Shown: positions 39,960 through 53,429, counted from the stretch's first letter. The stretch is 64,000 nucleotides of DNA from Octopus vulgaris (GCA_951406725.2 OX597826.1:29884001-29948000); one strand, 5' to 3'. Notes: generated from the sequence alone by a model not told the origin. Made by a program: numbers and translations.

Positions 39960-42074
39960 CAACATTGGATATTCCTTTGAAAATATTCCTACACCATCAA
40001 ATGAACTATACAAAAGAATGCTAGTTCGAAAAATTGTTGATATTATAAGACGCATGAAGTGGAAAGCTCTTTTCTTCGACCAAGCTGCACAACACTCGGA
40101 CAAAGACCACTTTAACATCGGGTCTAGAAGATTCCCACCCAAGATGAAAGAACTCGAAGCTTTCGAAGCAGACCTGCTGGGCATTATACCAAACCTTAAG
40201 CTCCGTAGGTCCTCATCCACCTTTCAACGTAGACTTAGATCCAATATAAACCTCCTTAAGAATACAGATAGGACCCTACTATTTTCAGCGAAGACAAATA
40301 ACCTTTATAAGAAAGATAATGACCACTAAAACAGGCTCTTAGAGAACAACATCACACAAAAATATAGACGGGCCGCACCACATACCTTTGATAACATCAA
40401 TAATGAAGCAAAACGAATAGCCACCGATCTAGACATTGCCTACAGGGTAGAAATACTAGCTAAACGTAATGCTTTTATAACTATTAAGGATCACAAACCG
40501 AACTTCGCTTGCAACCCTAAATGCTGCCTGATTAACCCTGCCAAGTCCGAAATCGGACTGGTGAGTAAACACATCCTAAGAAGGGTTAATAAAGACAAAA
40601 GGAAGGCATCTAATTTCTCTTTATGGCGTAACACAATCGATGTGTTACATTGGTTCGAGACCAAACGAAGCAATTTTAGAGCTAAGTTCATACGATTCGA
40701 TATAGTTGACTTTTATCCATCGATATCGAACATGTTACTTGATAGGGCGTTAATATATACTAGACGAATTACCGATTGAAGTGATAGAGAAATAGATATA
40801 ATTATGCACGCTAGGAAAAGGCTACTGTTCAACCAGGATTCAACCTGGGTCAAACGAATTGACCCTGAAGGCTCCTTCGAGTCGTGAGGCATATGACAGC
40901 GCTGATATTTGCTACCTTATAGGATTTTACATTCTGGACACACTGGGTAACAAATACCCCTCTGTCCACTTTGGCTTATATAAAAATGATGCCTTAGCCA
41001 TCCCCAGAGGCGCTAACGGCCATACTTTAGACAGGCTTAGAAAAGACATAATATACACCATCAACAACCTTGGCCTTAAAATGACCATAGAGGCTAACCT
41101 CAGCGTGGTGAACTTCTTGGATGTCACGCTTGATTTAGACAGTGGCACCTACAGACCATACCGCAAACCGAATGATAGGCTATCATACATTAACCCAGCC
41201 TCCTACCATTCACCCATAATGTTCAAAAACTTAATAAAAGGTATCAGTAACCGGATTTCGATTTTATCTTCAAATAAAGATATTTTCGACGCAGCGGCTC
41301 CTGCTTACAATGAGGCGCTAGCGGCCAGCGGCTTCAAGGACCATATAGTATATACATCAGGATCGAGCAACCATAAAAGGAAACGCCACTGCAAGACCTT
41401 ATGGTTCTCTCCCAACTTCTCCCTAAACGTCCGGACATGCGTGATTAAGATTTTTCTTAGGTTGGTTGATAAGCATTTTACGTGATCACATAAATATAGA
41501 AAGATCTCTAACACACATAATTTAAGGATTTCTTTCAGTTGTGCACCCAATGTTAAGAAAAAATTACTTAGCACTCCTAAACCACGGACAGAGACAGGTT
41601 GTTCATGCAGGATTAGAAATGAATGCCCAGTGGACGGCCGATGTAACACTGGGGATACAGTGTATCAAGCAAAGTTAGTCTCAAACAGGAGCAGCACAAA
41701 TATCAGTAACATCAATGCCAACACAGAGACACACACTAAATTTTATGTTGGATTTTGTGAATGCAAATTTAAAATTCGTTTGAACATCCACGGATCTTCT
41801 TTCAGGGACCCGAAAAAAAAAGGAACACAACGACACTCGCAGCATACGTAAGGCGTCTAAAGGACGATCATACGTCATTTAACATCAGGTGGAAATTATC
41901 AGAAAATTGTGGACCCTATCGCAAGGGAACAAGACTATGTAAATTGTGTATAGCAGAAAAATATAAAATCCTTATGAACTCACATAAGCCAGGAGGCTAC
42001 CTGAACTCCAGGACTGAAGCCATGGGGAGTTGTCCACATTTTCGGAAATTTTTACTTCAAAATTGGAAAACCTA
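39960..42074 (+). pseudogene. PLE RT/GIY-YIG pseudogene
   Basis: YSFENIPTPS, RMKWKALFF, KDHKPNF, RFDIVDFYPSI, LYKND (YRDD lost), NFLDVTL, CSC..CPVDGRC, VYQA..FYVG, CKLCIAEK, CPH. Multiple stops and frameshifts. Confidence 0.9.
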
Positions 42075-42191
42075 GCTATCAAGCGAAGGAAGACAGCTCA
42101 CCCGGCCACAATTTTGTAAGAAGAATATTTCTTGAACTATCACTAGTGTTCTTGTGTTTTTAGAAAACATTCTTTGCAGAGAACAATTATC

Positions 42192-42257
42192 GTTTAGAGG
42201 AACTGAAGATATGTCTAGTTCACGCAAGATATGGAACTAATGGATTCTTTCTAAAAC
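42192..42257 (+). ncRNA. Decayed hammerhead motif in the PLE2 3' region
   Basis: Stem I gtttagagga/tctttctaaaac; CTGAAGA; stem II tatgtct/agatatg; the GAAAC and NUH boxes are mutated. Confidence 0.4.
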
Positions 42258-42293
42258 TGTTACTTTACACACACACACACATATATATGTATG

Positions 42294-42398
<105 letters not shown>

Positions 42399-42404
42399 TA
42401 TATG

Positions 42405-42436
<32 letters not shown>

Positions 42437-42564
42437 CATATATAAAAATATATATCTTTACGTGGTTTTACTTTTATAAAATCTTATATTTTTTACTTTT
42501 ATTTACTTTTCCACGCCTATTAGAGTAACTTCCCTTAATTCAACGGTTTTTTTTCATAGCGTTT

Positions 42565-42632
42565 TTGTCTTAATAACTGATGAGAATGTCTTTTAGCCCC
42601 GGCATCTGAAACTCTGAGTATTATTATGACAA
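42565..42632 (+). ncRNA. Type I hammerhead ribozyme in the PLE2 3' region
   Basis: Stem I ttgtc(t)taataa/ttatta(t)gacaa; CTGATGA 42577-83; stem II atgtc/ggcat; GAAAC-tctga-GTA (ACTC-T-GAGT). Confidence 0.85.
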
Positions 42633-42745
42633 CTAACTCATTGTCCTATATTATACATTTATAGATAAATTCTTCTATTTACATAATATCGAGGTCTCGT
42701 TCAATCTTTTGCCGTCATATTATTAATATACATACATGCATATAC

Positions 42746-42777
<32 letters not shown>

Positions 42778-43848
42778 GTATGTATGTAGATGCATGAGCA
42801 TACATGAATAGATATATCAAAATGCACACACACGCACGCACACATACATGCACACACATATATATGTATATATACAGATACAAGCATTCCTAGAAACCAG
42901 TATGACCTTAAGTCAACAGATAATGAATGGCGAGTTGTGTCCATGTTTGTGTTTCTTCCATTTCCACTTTGTTTGACTTACCTTCGCCAGTGTTTCTTTT
43001 ATAACACATGCACACGCCCATGCATGTACACACAATAAACACGCGCGTGCGCAGACTTACATATATACGTATTATTTGTGTATATATATATATACCGTAA
43101 AACATACATTTATGCATACACGTTTGCACTAAGATGTGAACAGCGTTTATAAAGGCCTCCTGTGCTGGAGGCAGAGCAAAATAAGCAATGTTAATTAAAT
43201 TGAAAAGATTGCACTTTGCAGCAGTTTCGTCTGGCGAATTGTCAAAATCGATTTTGATTAAACGCCAGGCGAATCTGCAGTAAACTGTTGTCTTGTATTA
43301 CCTTTTCAACGACTTCAAACCATACATACATATATGAGTGTGTATATATATGTAGAACTACTAGTACTGAGCTACTAATAGATTCTTACAGTGAAGACAT
43401 GTGTCTAGGCAGGTTTTTATAACACGCCTTGTGTCTCCAAGCCTGAAGAATGCGCAAACGGCAGAAAGTACGAAAGAGAGTGTGAAATGTATACGGTATG
43501 ACGTTGTTGAAGCACAACGGCTCAATTTTGAACCGTTGCTCTGACCACTTTCAAGCTTTTCAATGACGACGACTCAAGCGAAGCTTCAACAGTGCTTCGG
43601 CTCTCACAGCATCCTTGAAAGTCAAAGCTGGATCAATTCCACTTCCTCACCGAGATAACCAGAGGAACTGAAGAGATGAAAACAGGAGAAGTCGACGGAA
43701 TCCCACTTGAAATGCGGAAGACGGATGGCACAGCAGAGTACTCTAGTTATTACATACATATATTATTCTCTTATTTCCATCTAAATTTCCTATCTACTCC
43801 TTTAATAATTCGGACTCAAATATTTCCTCTATTTAACCTTCTCACGCC

Positions 43849-43896
43849 GTCTCTGATGAAGTGATATCCATAATATCCCAGAAACAGCTGTAAGAC
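43849..43896 (+). ncRNA. Minimal type I hammerhead ribozyme in a short (TA)n-associated element
   Basis: gtct-CTGATGA-a..gatat/atatc..-GAAAC-agct-GTA-agac; palindromic stem III ACAGCTGT. Confidence 0.8.
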
Positions 43897-44019
43897 TATC
43901 TCCTTATAAATGAAAACTCCTTACAGCCTTGGCTTTGTTATCTCATTCTGTCTAACACATATATATATATATATATATATAAATGGAGTAAATACTTTTA
44001 CTTTCGGCACGTGTGATTT

Positions 44020-44662
44020 TTGCTACCTTATTAACAATTTATCTTTTACAGAATAAACAAAATAAATCGAACATCAGTTTTAATTATTTTGTTCAGAATG
44101 ATGTCTATAAATATTTCACCATTTAGTTAATTTTATTTTTCTCATTGATGTATCATACCCAACATTTAAAAAAATTTTAAAAAGTATGGTGGAACTCTGT
44201 TTTTCAAAATCGACGACACCACCTTATTCTAATGCTGAACTTCCACATAGCTTATTGTTGGTTTCTCAGAGTCGGTAGAGCACCTGAAGAATTCTCTGTA
44301 TTACATCCTTTATAGCATTTTATATTCACCATCCAAACATCGTCTCGGTGAAGTGGCTCCAAGTGTCTGAAAACGAAGATATAAACTATATCGAACTTAA
44401 TTGTATTTAGATAACTTATATCGATGAAGAGATGACACAAAATCGAATGTAATAAACATTTATGTAAATTTTAGAACTGTTAAAAGTCAAATTATAACTT
44501 ATTAATGTCGCGAGTCTGGCTCTGTCAGGTGTCTCACTGTTTCGTGAATGCTAGGAGTAAGCGCCAAATGTCTGGCCACTGTGAACATATGGAGAAATAT
44601 TTCGACAAATAAATATTAATTATGATGAGATGTACAAAGATCGGAATACTTGGAATATTTTC
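44020..44662 (+). repeat. Left arm of an old long inverted repeat
   Basis: Reverse-complement similarity to 47272-48350 in blocks such as taattattttgttcagaatga, ttccacatagcttattgttg, tctggctctgtcaggtgt and tatgatga..tg.caaaga. Confidence 0.85.
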
Positions 44663-44760
44663 AACTCCTTGTAATTTGTTATACTATGCCTTGTTTGCGT
44701 TAATACATTTACGAATCTTTTCTTTTCTCTATTTTTGTTTCTAACTGTCCGATTGTCCAG

Positions 44761-44934
44761 GTTTCCTCATGCGTCTTCCTGCAGGGATCCGAAGAATTCT
44801 GCAGCGTCTGATGATCCCGTGTATTTGTCATCCGAAAACAGATGATGATGGTGGTGATGACACGTCGATAGATGCCGTAGAACTTAGTTCAACAGCAGCA
44901 GATTTGTCATCGGCAGCCACGCCGTAAGACATGG
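44761..44934 (+). other. Candidate host exon
   Basis: Pyrimidine tract, CTAAC and ccag| acceptor; tgg|GTGAGT donor; GC-richer unique sequence. One frame reads FLMRLPAGIRRILQRLMIPCICHPKTDDDGGDD..ATP*. Confidence 0.35.
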
Positions 44935-45056
44935 GTGAGTTTTGATGAATGAAGTTGATAATTTTTAGGGAATATATTAAAAACTTAGAGTAATTTCATT
45001 ACTCTCTCTCGTTCTCACATTGTCTGTCTTTGCACACACTCATAAAAAAGTATATG

Positions 45057-45100
<44 letters not shown>

Positions 45101-45149
45101 TGTGCAAACACACACACACGCACACACACACACACTCACTCACACACAC

Positions 45150-45198
<49 letters not shown>

Positions 45199-45243
45199 AT
45201 ATACATTTAACATATATTTATATATATATTATATACACTTAAC

Positions 45244-45287
<44 letters not shown>

Positions 45288-45291
<4 letters not shown>

Positions 45292-45834
45292 AAAAAATAC
45301 AAAGTGGGACAAGAACGTAAAACATTTAGGAGACGATACTAAAAACACGGACGGGACATTCGAAGCCTTCAATCTTCAGTCAAGAACCGGATCATCCTCG
45401 CAATTTCGGCTGATTAATCTTGAGATTGCTCCGACCTGGCCAGCCCCAAAGGAAAATCTAAGCCAAGCGCATTAGATTCCTTGGAAGAAAGCCTCGAATG
45501 TATACAAAACAAGGACGGAAAACCGGACGATGTTACACAAATAAAATTACAAAAATACGTAAAAACAATAATGATAATAATAATAATAATAACAAGAACA
45601 GGACGTCACAGACAAGCGTCTTTTCGACAGGACGAATAAATTTTGAGCTGGCGTTAGAAATATGCCTTAGGGCGAGAGAGAGAGAGAGAGAGAGAAAATG
45701 TGTCTTGCCGCGACGGCTGCTGGCCACGAAAAGGCCAGCAATAGGTCGGCTAGTCACGTGTGAGGAGAAGAGAGAGGAAAAGAGGGACAGATGACGAGAG
45801 AAAGAAGGGCAACAAGGAACAAAGGAGGAGGAGA

Positions 45835-45889
<55 letters not shown>

Positions 45890-46212
45890 CAGATCAAAGT
45901 GGAGTGCAAAGTGTGAAAGGCAGAGAAATGTAGGATAGGGGGGAGAGAGACAGTGTTATAGAGTCGTACCATGTGTTAAAGAAATATATACTTACGTATA
46001 AGACCAAAAAGGGTACGGACGCTGCTTATATATATAAATGTAAAAAAAATACAAACTGGGACAAGAACGTAAAATATTTAGGAGACGATACTAAAAACAC
46101 GGATGGGACATTCGAAGCATTCAATCTTCAGTCAAGAACTAGATCATCCTCGCAATTTCGGCTGATTAATCTTGAGATTGCTCCGATCTAGCCAGCCCCA
46201 AAGGAAAATCTA
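45288..46212 (-). mobile_element. Non-autonomous element with ~170-bp terminal direct repeats, in (TA)n; probably PLE-derived
   Basis: 45288-45461 is repeated at ~46038-46212. Each repeat carries GAAAT..CTGAAGA..GTC on the minus strand. Confidence 0.75.
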
Positions 46213-46329
46213 ATATATATATATATATTATATACATTTAACATAATTACTGTTATAATAATAACATTTTAACTTCTCTCCTTAGAATTCTATCTCCCAG
46301 AGTTGAAGAGTTATATTTGTCTTCGGCTT

Positions 46330-46393
46330 TAGAGTCTGACGAACCGTCCATAGGGCTAAGCTCTTTATGGGTGTGAAAACATTGGTCACTCTA
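46330..46393 (+). ncRNA. Type I hammerhead motif (one extra A in the GAAA box)
   Basis: tagagt-CTGACGA-..ccatagggc/gctctttatgg..-GAAAAC-attg-GTC-actcta; 6-bp stem I. Confidence 0.65.
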
Positions 46394-46689
46394 TGACCGG
46401 ACATAGATTTAACTACATATAAATACATTACTGCTCTATGCTTTAGAGTCTACTTCTTTTTCGGGCATATGGTACTTCGACCATGTATAAAAATATATCG
46501 TCATGTGTGTGTGTACGAGCGCGCGTGTGTGTTTGCTTGTGATTGTGTGTGTATGTATGTATGTATGAACGTAAATCTCGTACTCGCGTATGATTTGTAT
46601 TAGCGTTTCTTTAGATTTGCCTCCAGTAGAGACTATCAATCATTGATATTTATTAGTATAAAGGAGCGTGATAAAAGTTATGAGAATTT

Positions 46690-47067
46690 TCTTTCCTACT
46701 CTAGTCACAAGGCCCGAAATTTTAGATCGACCCCAGTACGCAGTTGATACTTAATTTATCGACCCCAAAAAGATGAAAGGCAAAGTCGACCTCGGCGGAA
46801 TTTGAACTCAGAACGTAAAGACAGACTAAATACCTATTTCTTTACTACCCACAAGGGGCTAAACACAGAGAGGACAAACAAGGACAGACAAACGGATTAA
46901 GTCGATTACATCGACCCCAGTGAGTAACTGGTACTTAATTTATAGACCCCGAAAGGATGAAAGGCAAAGTCGACCACGGCGGAATTTGAACTCAAACCGT
47001 AAAGACAGACGAAATACTGCTTAGCATTCCGCCCGGCGTGGTAACGTTTCTGCCAGCTCGTCGCCCT
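46690..47067 (-). mobile_element. Family B SINE with internal duplication
   Basis: ggcgacgagctggcagaaacgtta head; gagttcaaattccgcc B-box present twice. Confidence 0.85.
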
Positions 47068-47271
47068 AAGTTATGGAAATATTAAATCCTTTCTAATATT
47101 TAAACAGGACACTGCCTTCTGTGCATATACGTATATATCTGTGTGTGTGCGCGTGTGTGTGTGCAGGCGTGCGTGCGCGCGCGTGTGTGTGTGTGTGTGT
47201 GTGTGTGCGTGCGTGAGTGTGTGTGCTTATCTTCTTTGAATTTAACTCCAGACACCCGATATTCAAATATA

Positions 47272-48350
47272 GAAAAAAATTCAATCATTCCAATCTTTGC
47301 ACGTTTCATCATAGTTGATATTCATATCTCAACAAGTTTTTCCGTATCTAACACAACGGTGCTTGCTTTTAACATTCACAAAGCTGTGAACACCTGACAG
47401 AGCCAGATTCGTGGCATTGGTAAATAATAATTTGACATTTAACACTTCTAAAATCTACGTAAAAACTTATTATATTCGATTTTGTGTGATCTCGTCATCG
47501 ATATGATATCTATAAAGTATCATATAGTTTATATCTTCTTCGTTTTCAGATATCTGAAGCGGCTTGACTGCGATGATATTTGAAAGGTGAATAGGGCGGC
47601 AAGCTGGCTGAATCGTTAGCACGCCGGGCGAAATGCTTAGTGGTATTTCGGCTGCCGCTACGTTCTGTGTTCAAATTCCGTCGAGGTCGACTTTGTCTTT
47701 CATCTTTTTGGGGGTCGATGTAATCGACTTAATCCGTTTGTCTGGCCTGGTTTGTCCCTTCTGTGTTTAGCCCCTTGTGGGTAGTAAAGAAATAGGGTAT
47801 TTCGGTTGCCGTTACGTTCTGAGTTCAAATTACCCCGAGGTCGAATTTGCCTTTCATCGTTTCGGGGTCGATTAAATAAGTACCAGTTACGCACTGGGGT
47901 CGATATAATCGATTTAATTCGTTTGTCTGTCCTTGTTTGTTTTCTCTGTGTTTAGTCCCTTGTGGGTAGTAAAGAAATAGATATTTGAAAGGTGAATATA
48001 AAATGCTATCACTACGTAGTACAAAGCATTCCTATGACACTCTCCGAGTCTGAGGAACCAACAATAAGATAGGTGAACAACAATAAGCTATGTGGAAGAA
48101 CAGCGTAAGAATTATGTGGTGTTTTCAGCTAATTATGAAGAACAGTAATCCACCACAACTTTTCTCTTAAATTTCAATTACCAATTCATCAATAAATAAA
48201 AAAAAGTGTGGAGTATATAGCGGTGATAAAACGAAATATATTCAATGGTGAAAAATTTATAGATATCATTCTGAACAAAATAATTAGAACTGATATTTGT
48301 TTTACCTTGTTGATTTTGTAATATATTACAAATGTTAGAAAAGGTACAGC
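47272..48350 (-). repeat. Right arm of the old long inverted repeat, interrupted by a SINE
   Basis: See 44020-44662. Confidence 0.85.
47594..47979 (+). mobile_element. Family B SINE (partial dimer) with 19-bp TSD
   Basis: TSD gatatttgaaaggtgaata at 47575-47593 and 47980-47998. Confidence 0.9.
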
Positions 48351-48689
48351 TGAGAAATGTTAAAGAAAATTTGCATCTTCTATATCTGTCATCTTTCTCT
48401 CTTGCTCCTTCTCTCAATTTCTCGGTCTCTCTTTATTTCTCTCTCTTTCTTTTTCTCTCTATCTATCTGCTTGTCTATTTGTCTATCTCTATCTGCCCGT
48501 TTGTCTGACTTAATTACATATACATTATTTACACTATTTACATTTGACAGATATTTGTCCTCATCTTGTTTGTTGTTAACACAACGTCTCGGTTGATATA
48601 CCACCCCCCAGCCTGCATCAGGTGTCTTGGCGAAATTTCCTGGATTCTCATTCTTAAGGTATTTTTCGATATTATTATAATTATTATTA

Positions 48690-49229
48690 AGTGAGAGAGC
48701 AGTGCATGCCATCAATGTGACACCGGGGTACAAATATACGAAGCCCAGTATACCCATCATGACTACCCGTCTGATAAGGGTACACCAGGCACATGCATCA
48801 CAACCATATGTGCGCGACATGGTGATCTCATAACAAGATAAACAGCGCATGATCTTGCGGGTGGGGCCCAGTTAGAATTTTCTTCTGGTTGGGTAACCCA
48901 TTTCACTCAAAAGGTCCCTGATTAATGATTGTTTAAGGATGTTGGATGAAACACCCATGTTTCCAGAGGTGAATTATTCAAATCCCAAAGAATTCCTCTC
49001 AACACATGGCTATGATGCTCCCCCACTACTTCTACTCGTGATCAGAGATGCACATATCGTCAGCCACCAAGGGACATGCTCAACTGGTTACGGTCAAAGA
49101 ACTGACAAGCAAATCTGTGGTATTGAGCAGAATATTTAATACCAAGACAACACAATGTACATGATAACACTTCCAGTCAGTTAAGATCAGAAGCCATGAG
49201 AGCCGCTGCCTGGTACTGCATCAGGGCAT
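48690..49229. repeat. Interspersed repeat embedded in (TTA)n, family unassigned
   Basis: GC-richer block bounded by TTA repeats; no convincing ORF. Confidence 0.4.
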
Positions 49230-49301
49230 ATTATTATTATTATTACTATTATTATTATTATTAATATTATTATTGTTATTGTTATTATTATTATTATTAT
49301 T

Positions 49302-49361
<60 letters not shown>

Positions 49362-49386
49362 AATAATAATAGTAAACGAACTTAAA

Positions 49387-49451
<65 letters not shown>

Positions 49452-49672
49452 CATACAGGGTGACCCCCCCAAAATTTATTCAACTCTCTCTTTCATATAT
49501 TAACAGTTTAGATCTTAATTATAGAAAAAATATGAAACTATCATTCTTTGTTAATTTAGTAAATTTTGTCAAGCTCTGCTTTCAGTTGTAAGATAGAAAT
49601 TTGAATGTAATAAAATGTTTTAAATGAAATTTCTAAGTGCCTACGTGATTACTGTAAAGCTACTTTTGGACC

Positions 49673-49725
<53 letters not shown>

Positions 49726-49779
49726 GTATATGTATATGTATATATGTATGTATCATCATCACCATCATTGTTCGACCGT

Positions 49780-49836
<57 letters not shown>

Positions 49837-50012
49837 AAATGAACCACAATCCTTTACAAGCTATGACCCCAATAAGCCTCATGCCTTTCTTGGAAGTGTT
49901 GTATATTCTTAGCTACAATAGCGACAACATGGATTTCTTCCATCTTCTTGTTCTGTTAGTATTTGAGTAAAATTATATTAATGTGTCCGACTGGTTAAAA
50001 TTCTATTTACTT

Positions 50013-50100
50013 ATGCAGTCGATGATATCCCTGTTTTTAAATTGATGTAATGATTGCATTGTTCAATTAAATGGATCTGCTTGAAACGGTCGTACTGCAT
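50013..50100 (+). ncRNA. Decayed hammerhead motif
   Basis: atgcag-TCGATGA(CT>TC)...GAAAC-ggtc-GTA-ctgcat; 6-bp stem I; between (TA)n tracts. Confidence 0.55.
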
Positions 50101-50138
50101 CAATTCTTGATATCCTGTTGCTTATTTTGATTTATATA

Positions 50139-50216
<78 letters not shown>

Positions 50217-50608
50217 TACATACACACACACATATATGGATGCACACATATACACACAACTCACCCGCCGCGCAGAAAGATATTCATGGTTTGAACAGAT
50301 GGGAGATCTTATCTTGAAAGTAAAACTCTACTGCAATATGGTTATTCACATAAACTATTTCAAAGACACATAACCAGCAACATATACGCTCCTGTTTTTT
50401 ATATTATTTTTTAAAATCTTAGTAAATATTTCATGAAATGGCAAGCTGTTTTGTTGATAATCCACGATCTGATAGTCATTGATATTTTATTTTACTGTGT
50501 TATTACGAAAGAGTAATAAACCCGGAGTTAATAAGACTGTGCATTGGGTATTGGGTATTTTTCAATAGCTAATATAGCACCATTTCGAGGATATTGTTCC
50601 ATTCAAAT

Positions 50609-50672
<64 letters not shown>

Positions 50673-51521
50673 GTATATGTAGATACATAGAGAGATTGAT
50701 CGATATAGAATATAGATGTATATACATATTTATATATTCATATTCGTAAATATGTATATATATATATATATTCATCTACACACATATATTTATACACAGT
50801 CACACACACATCTCTCTATATATATATAGTCTCAAATATATGCACACAAATATGCATGCATATGTATATACATACATATTCAGGCACATGCATACTAACA
50901 TACAATTACACATCCGTGTATCTAACTATCGATATGCATGTATGTACATATATATATATCTGTACACACAGACATGTATATATATATATATACATACACA
51001 TATGCACACACTTGCACACACATATGTGTGTGTGTGTGTGTGTGTATATGTATGTGTACGCGCACGTGTTTGTGAGAGTGTATCGTTTCTGAATTTGCAT
51101 TGCAAGAATTTTTATTTGGTACCATATGTTAAAACCAATATTGCTATATTTTGTAAGAGTCATATTCTTTAAGTCTATAAACACATTCACCAGTTGTTGC
51201 TTATCTCTCTTCTTTGTTTCTCTCCTCCAAATTTCCTCACTTCATCCCTCTGGCTTTCGGAATGGATATAGATTTTCAAAATAAGATGAAGATTTTCTGA
51301 CTGAATTTTGTTGCGTTACACTCGCTATGTAGATAGAGACAAGAGTGGTTTTAGGTGCAAGCGTTGCTGCGTGATAAGGAACTTGCTTCCCAGCCACACA
51401 ATATTGGATGCAAGCCCACTGCATGCCACCTCCTTGCACATGCGCCTCCTAATATAGACTCGGACCGACCAAAGCCTTGTGTAGATTTCATACGCGGAAA
51501 TTGAAAGAAGCCAGTGGTATG

Positions 51522-51719
51522 TATAAGAAGGGGTGCTGAAATGTTCCTGGCTTTAAGAGTATTGCAAAAGACTTAGAAAAACAGGGCTTAGAAAAACTGA
51601 AGAACCGCTGCAATAAGTATGTGAATCTGAGTGAGGAATATGTTGAATAAAATCTTTAATTAACCGATCCTCCTGTATTTTGACTTACCCAAAGCCAGTA
51701 GCTTTTCAGCATACTTATA
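51522..51719. mobile_element. Mariner-derived MITE
   Basis: TIRs ..gtgctgaaatgttcctggcttt / aaagccagtagcttttcagcat..; homologous to 20311-20515. Confidence 0.65.
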
Positions 51720-51831
51720 AACCCACAAAAAAACGAAGAACAAACACACAAAAAACACACGAAAAAACAACACCACGGGGAGGTGGTACATGTAAAGTAT
51801 TGGCAGACGCTCAGGGGAGGAAAGAAAGTTG

Positions 51832-51866
51832 GCTTTACGTTTCGAGTAAAGCTCTTCTTCAGAAGC
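51832..51866 (-). ncRNA. Minimal hammerhead ribozyme (loopless palindromic stem III) in a short element at 51720-51940
   Basis: Minus strand gctt-CTGAAGA-a-gag-cttta-ctc-GAAAC-GTA-aagc. Confidence 0.75.
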
Positions 51867-51998
51867 AGGAGACAGAGGAAAGTCCATGAGAAAAGGAAAC
51901 GGGGGGGGGGATCGCCAACGATTCACACGTCGTTACATTTTTAATATATATACATACATACATACATACATACATACATACATACATACATACATACG

Positions 51999-52043
<45 letters not shown>

Positions 52044-53429
52044 CTAGCAGTTTGCCCGTGAACGTCAATTAAAACAACACCGAGGTATTTCAATTTCAAA
52101 ATATATGAAAGGTAAGCGATCCGATTACAATAACCCATATGTTACCAAAATGTTTGGTTAAGAATTAAGCGGGAAAATCATTTAAAATCACTAACATAAG
52201 CATGAGATTAGTGCTTCAATACAATTAGCAGTGTGTCTCCACGTTGCTAAACTTTATGAACCTGACCTTATATATTATTTCTTGCTCCGTGGATAACAAT
52301 AACGAAGTCTTGAATATATCGGAGTCTTCTTGGTGTCATAGCTTTGTGCTCATAAACGATCACTCCTCCTAGATTTGCGGAATAACTACTTAAATTCAAA
52401 TAGTCAATCCATAAAGCCATAAGCGTAAGAGTTTTGTTAAAGGAAAGAGAGAAACCAAACGTTTATTTGTTGTTCCATTGAACAATAGTAAGTCTCGATC
52501 AGTCTTTGATAATCTCAGGGATGCAGGATTCACATTGCGTAACTTTGTTATGATACTGGTGTCATTGCTGTTGTAGATGTGATGGCAACTGATCGAGTGC
52601 ATCCCTTGCTGCAATAGGTACCTGAAAATTAGTGGTTGTGGATATGAAATTAGAAGACTCTTTAGCAAAAAACTGTAGAAACGTTCATTTCTCCACTTTG
52701 ATTTGGTTCTAGCACCTCCTTGTACACGTTATTCCTTGTTTTCCCATTTCGGGCAAATTCGAAGAGATTCACCTTGCATCCCACTCTCGAAAAGCCAACG
52801 TGTAGTTGTCCATGTGAAAAACATGACTCGTCGGGAGGCGCTAAAGCATTATCGAATATTTTCAATGTGCTACACCTCGCAAAGGAAGCACCCTAAAAGT
52901 ATGTAAATATACATCCCACTCTCGAAAAGCCAACGTGTAGTTGTCCATGTGAAAAACATGACTCGTCGGGAGGCGCTAAAGCATTATCGAATATTTTCAA
53001 TGTGCTACACCTCGCAAAGGAAGCACCCTAAAAGTATGTATATATACATTGGCCACGAAGTTGAGAGCAATCGGATAGAAGCTTCAGGCGCTATGTCGAA
53101 AAGGTCATTTTTTGAATCGGTTCTTCTCATCCTGTGCTCAAACGAAACGGAATTTGAAAACACTAATGACGCTATGAAACTCCTTAGATAAAAGTGCATA
53201 AGTATGTTAATTTTGATCAAAATCGGACAACTTTTGAAAAAAATCGATATTGATTTATCAATTTTTCGGCGAGATACCATATCAATATGAAAAAAATCAA
53301 TAGTGTCACGACCCGTCTCGCTCAAAAATGCACCGTCATGTAAAGTTTCAAAACAAAACGTCGGCTAGTTTCGGAGAAGAATCCGGACAGACACACACAT
53401 AGACACACAGACAACCTGTATTTTATATA
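52044..53429 (-). mobile_element. Non-autonomous Helitron with a helicase C-terminal remnant
   Basis: Minus-strand CFSHGQLHVGFSRVG...GKTRNNVYKEVL (PIF1-like RepHel C-terminus); 3' end cgggcaaactgCTAG. Confidence 0.8.
52777..53046. repeat. 135-bp near-perfect tandem duplication inside the Helitron
   Basis: catcccactctcgaaaagcc... at 52777 and 52912. Confidence 0.9.

Noticed and set aside
40777-41485. In-frame TGA codons in PLE2 as selenocysteine, as in some Naiad PLEs
   Set aside because: They do not appear to fall at Cys positions; TAA stops, frameshifts and loss of YRDD show plain decay, and the endonuclease is C-terminal.
43440-43475. CTGAAGA..GAAA hammerhead-like boxes
   Set aside because: No stem I or stem III partner.
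44806-44842. CTGATGA..GAAA inside the candidate exon
   Set aside because: No stem II or NUH geometry.
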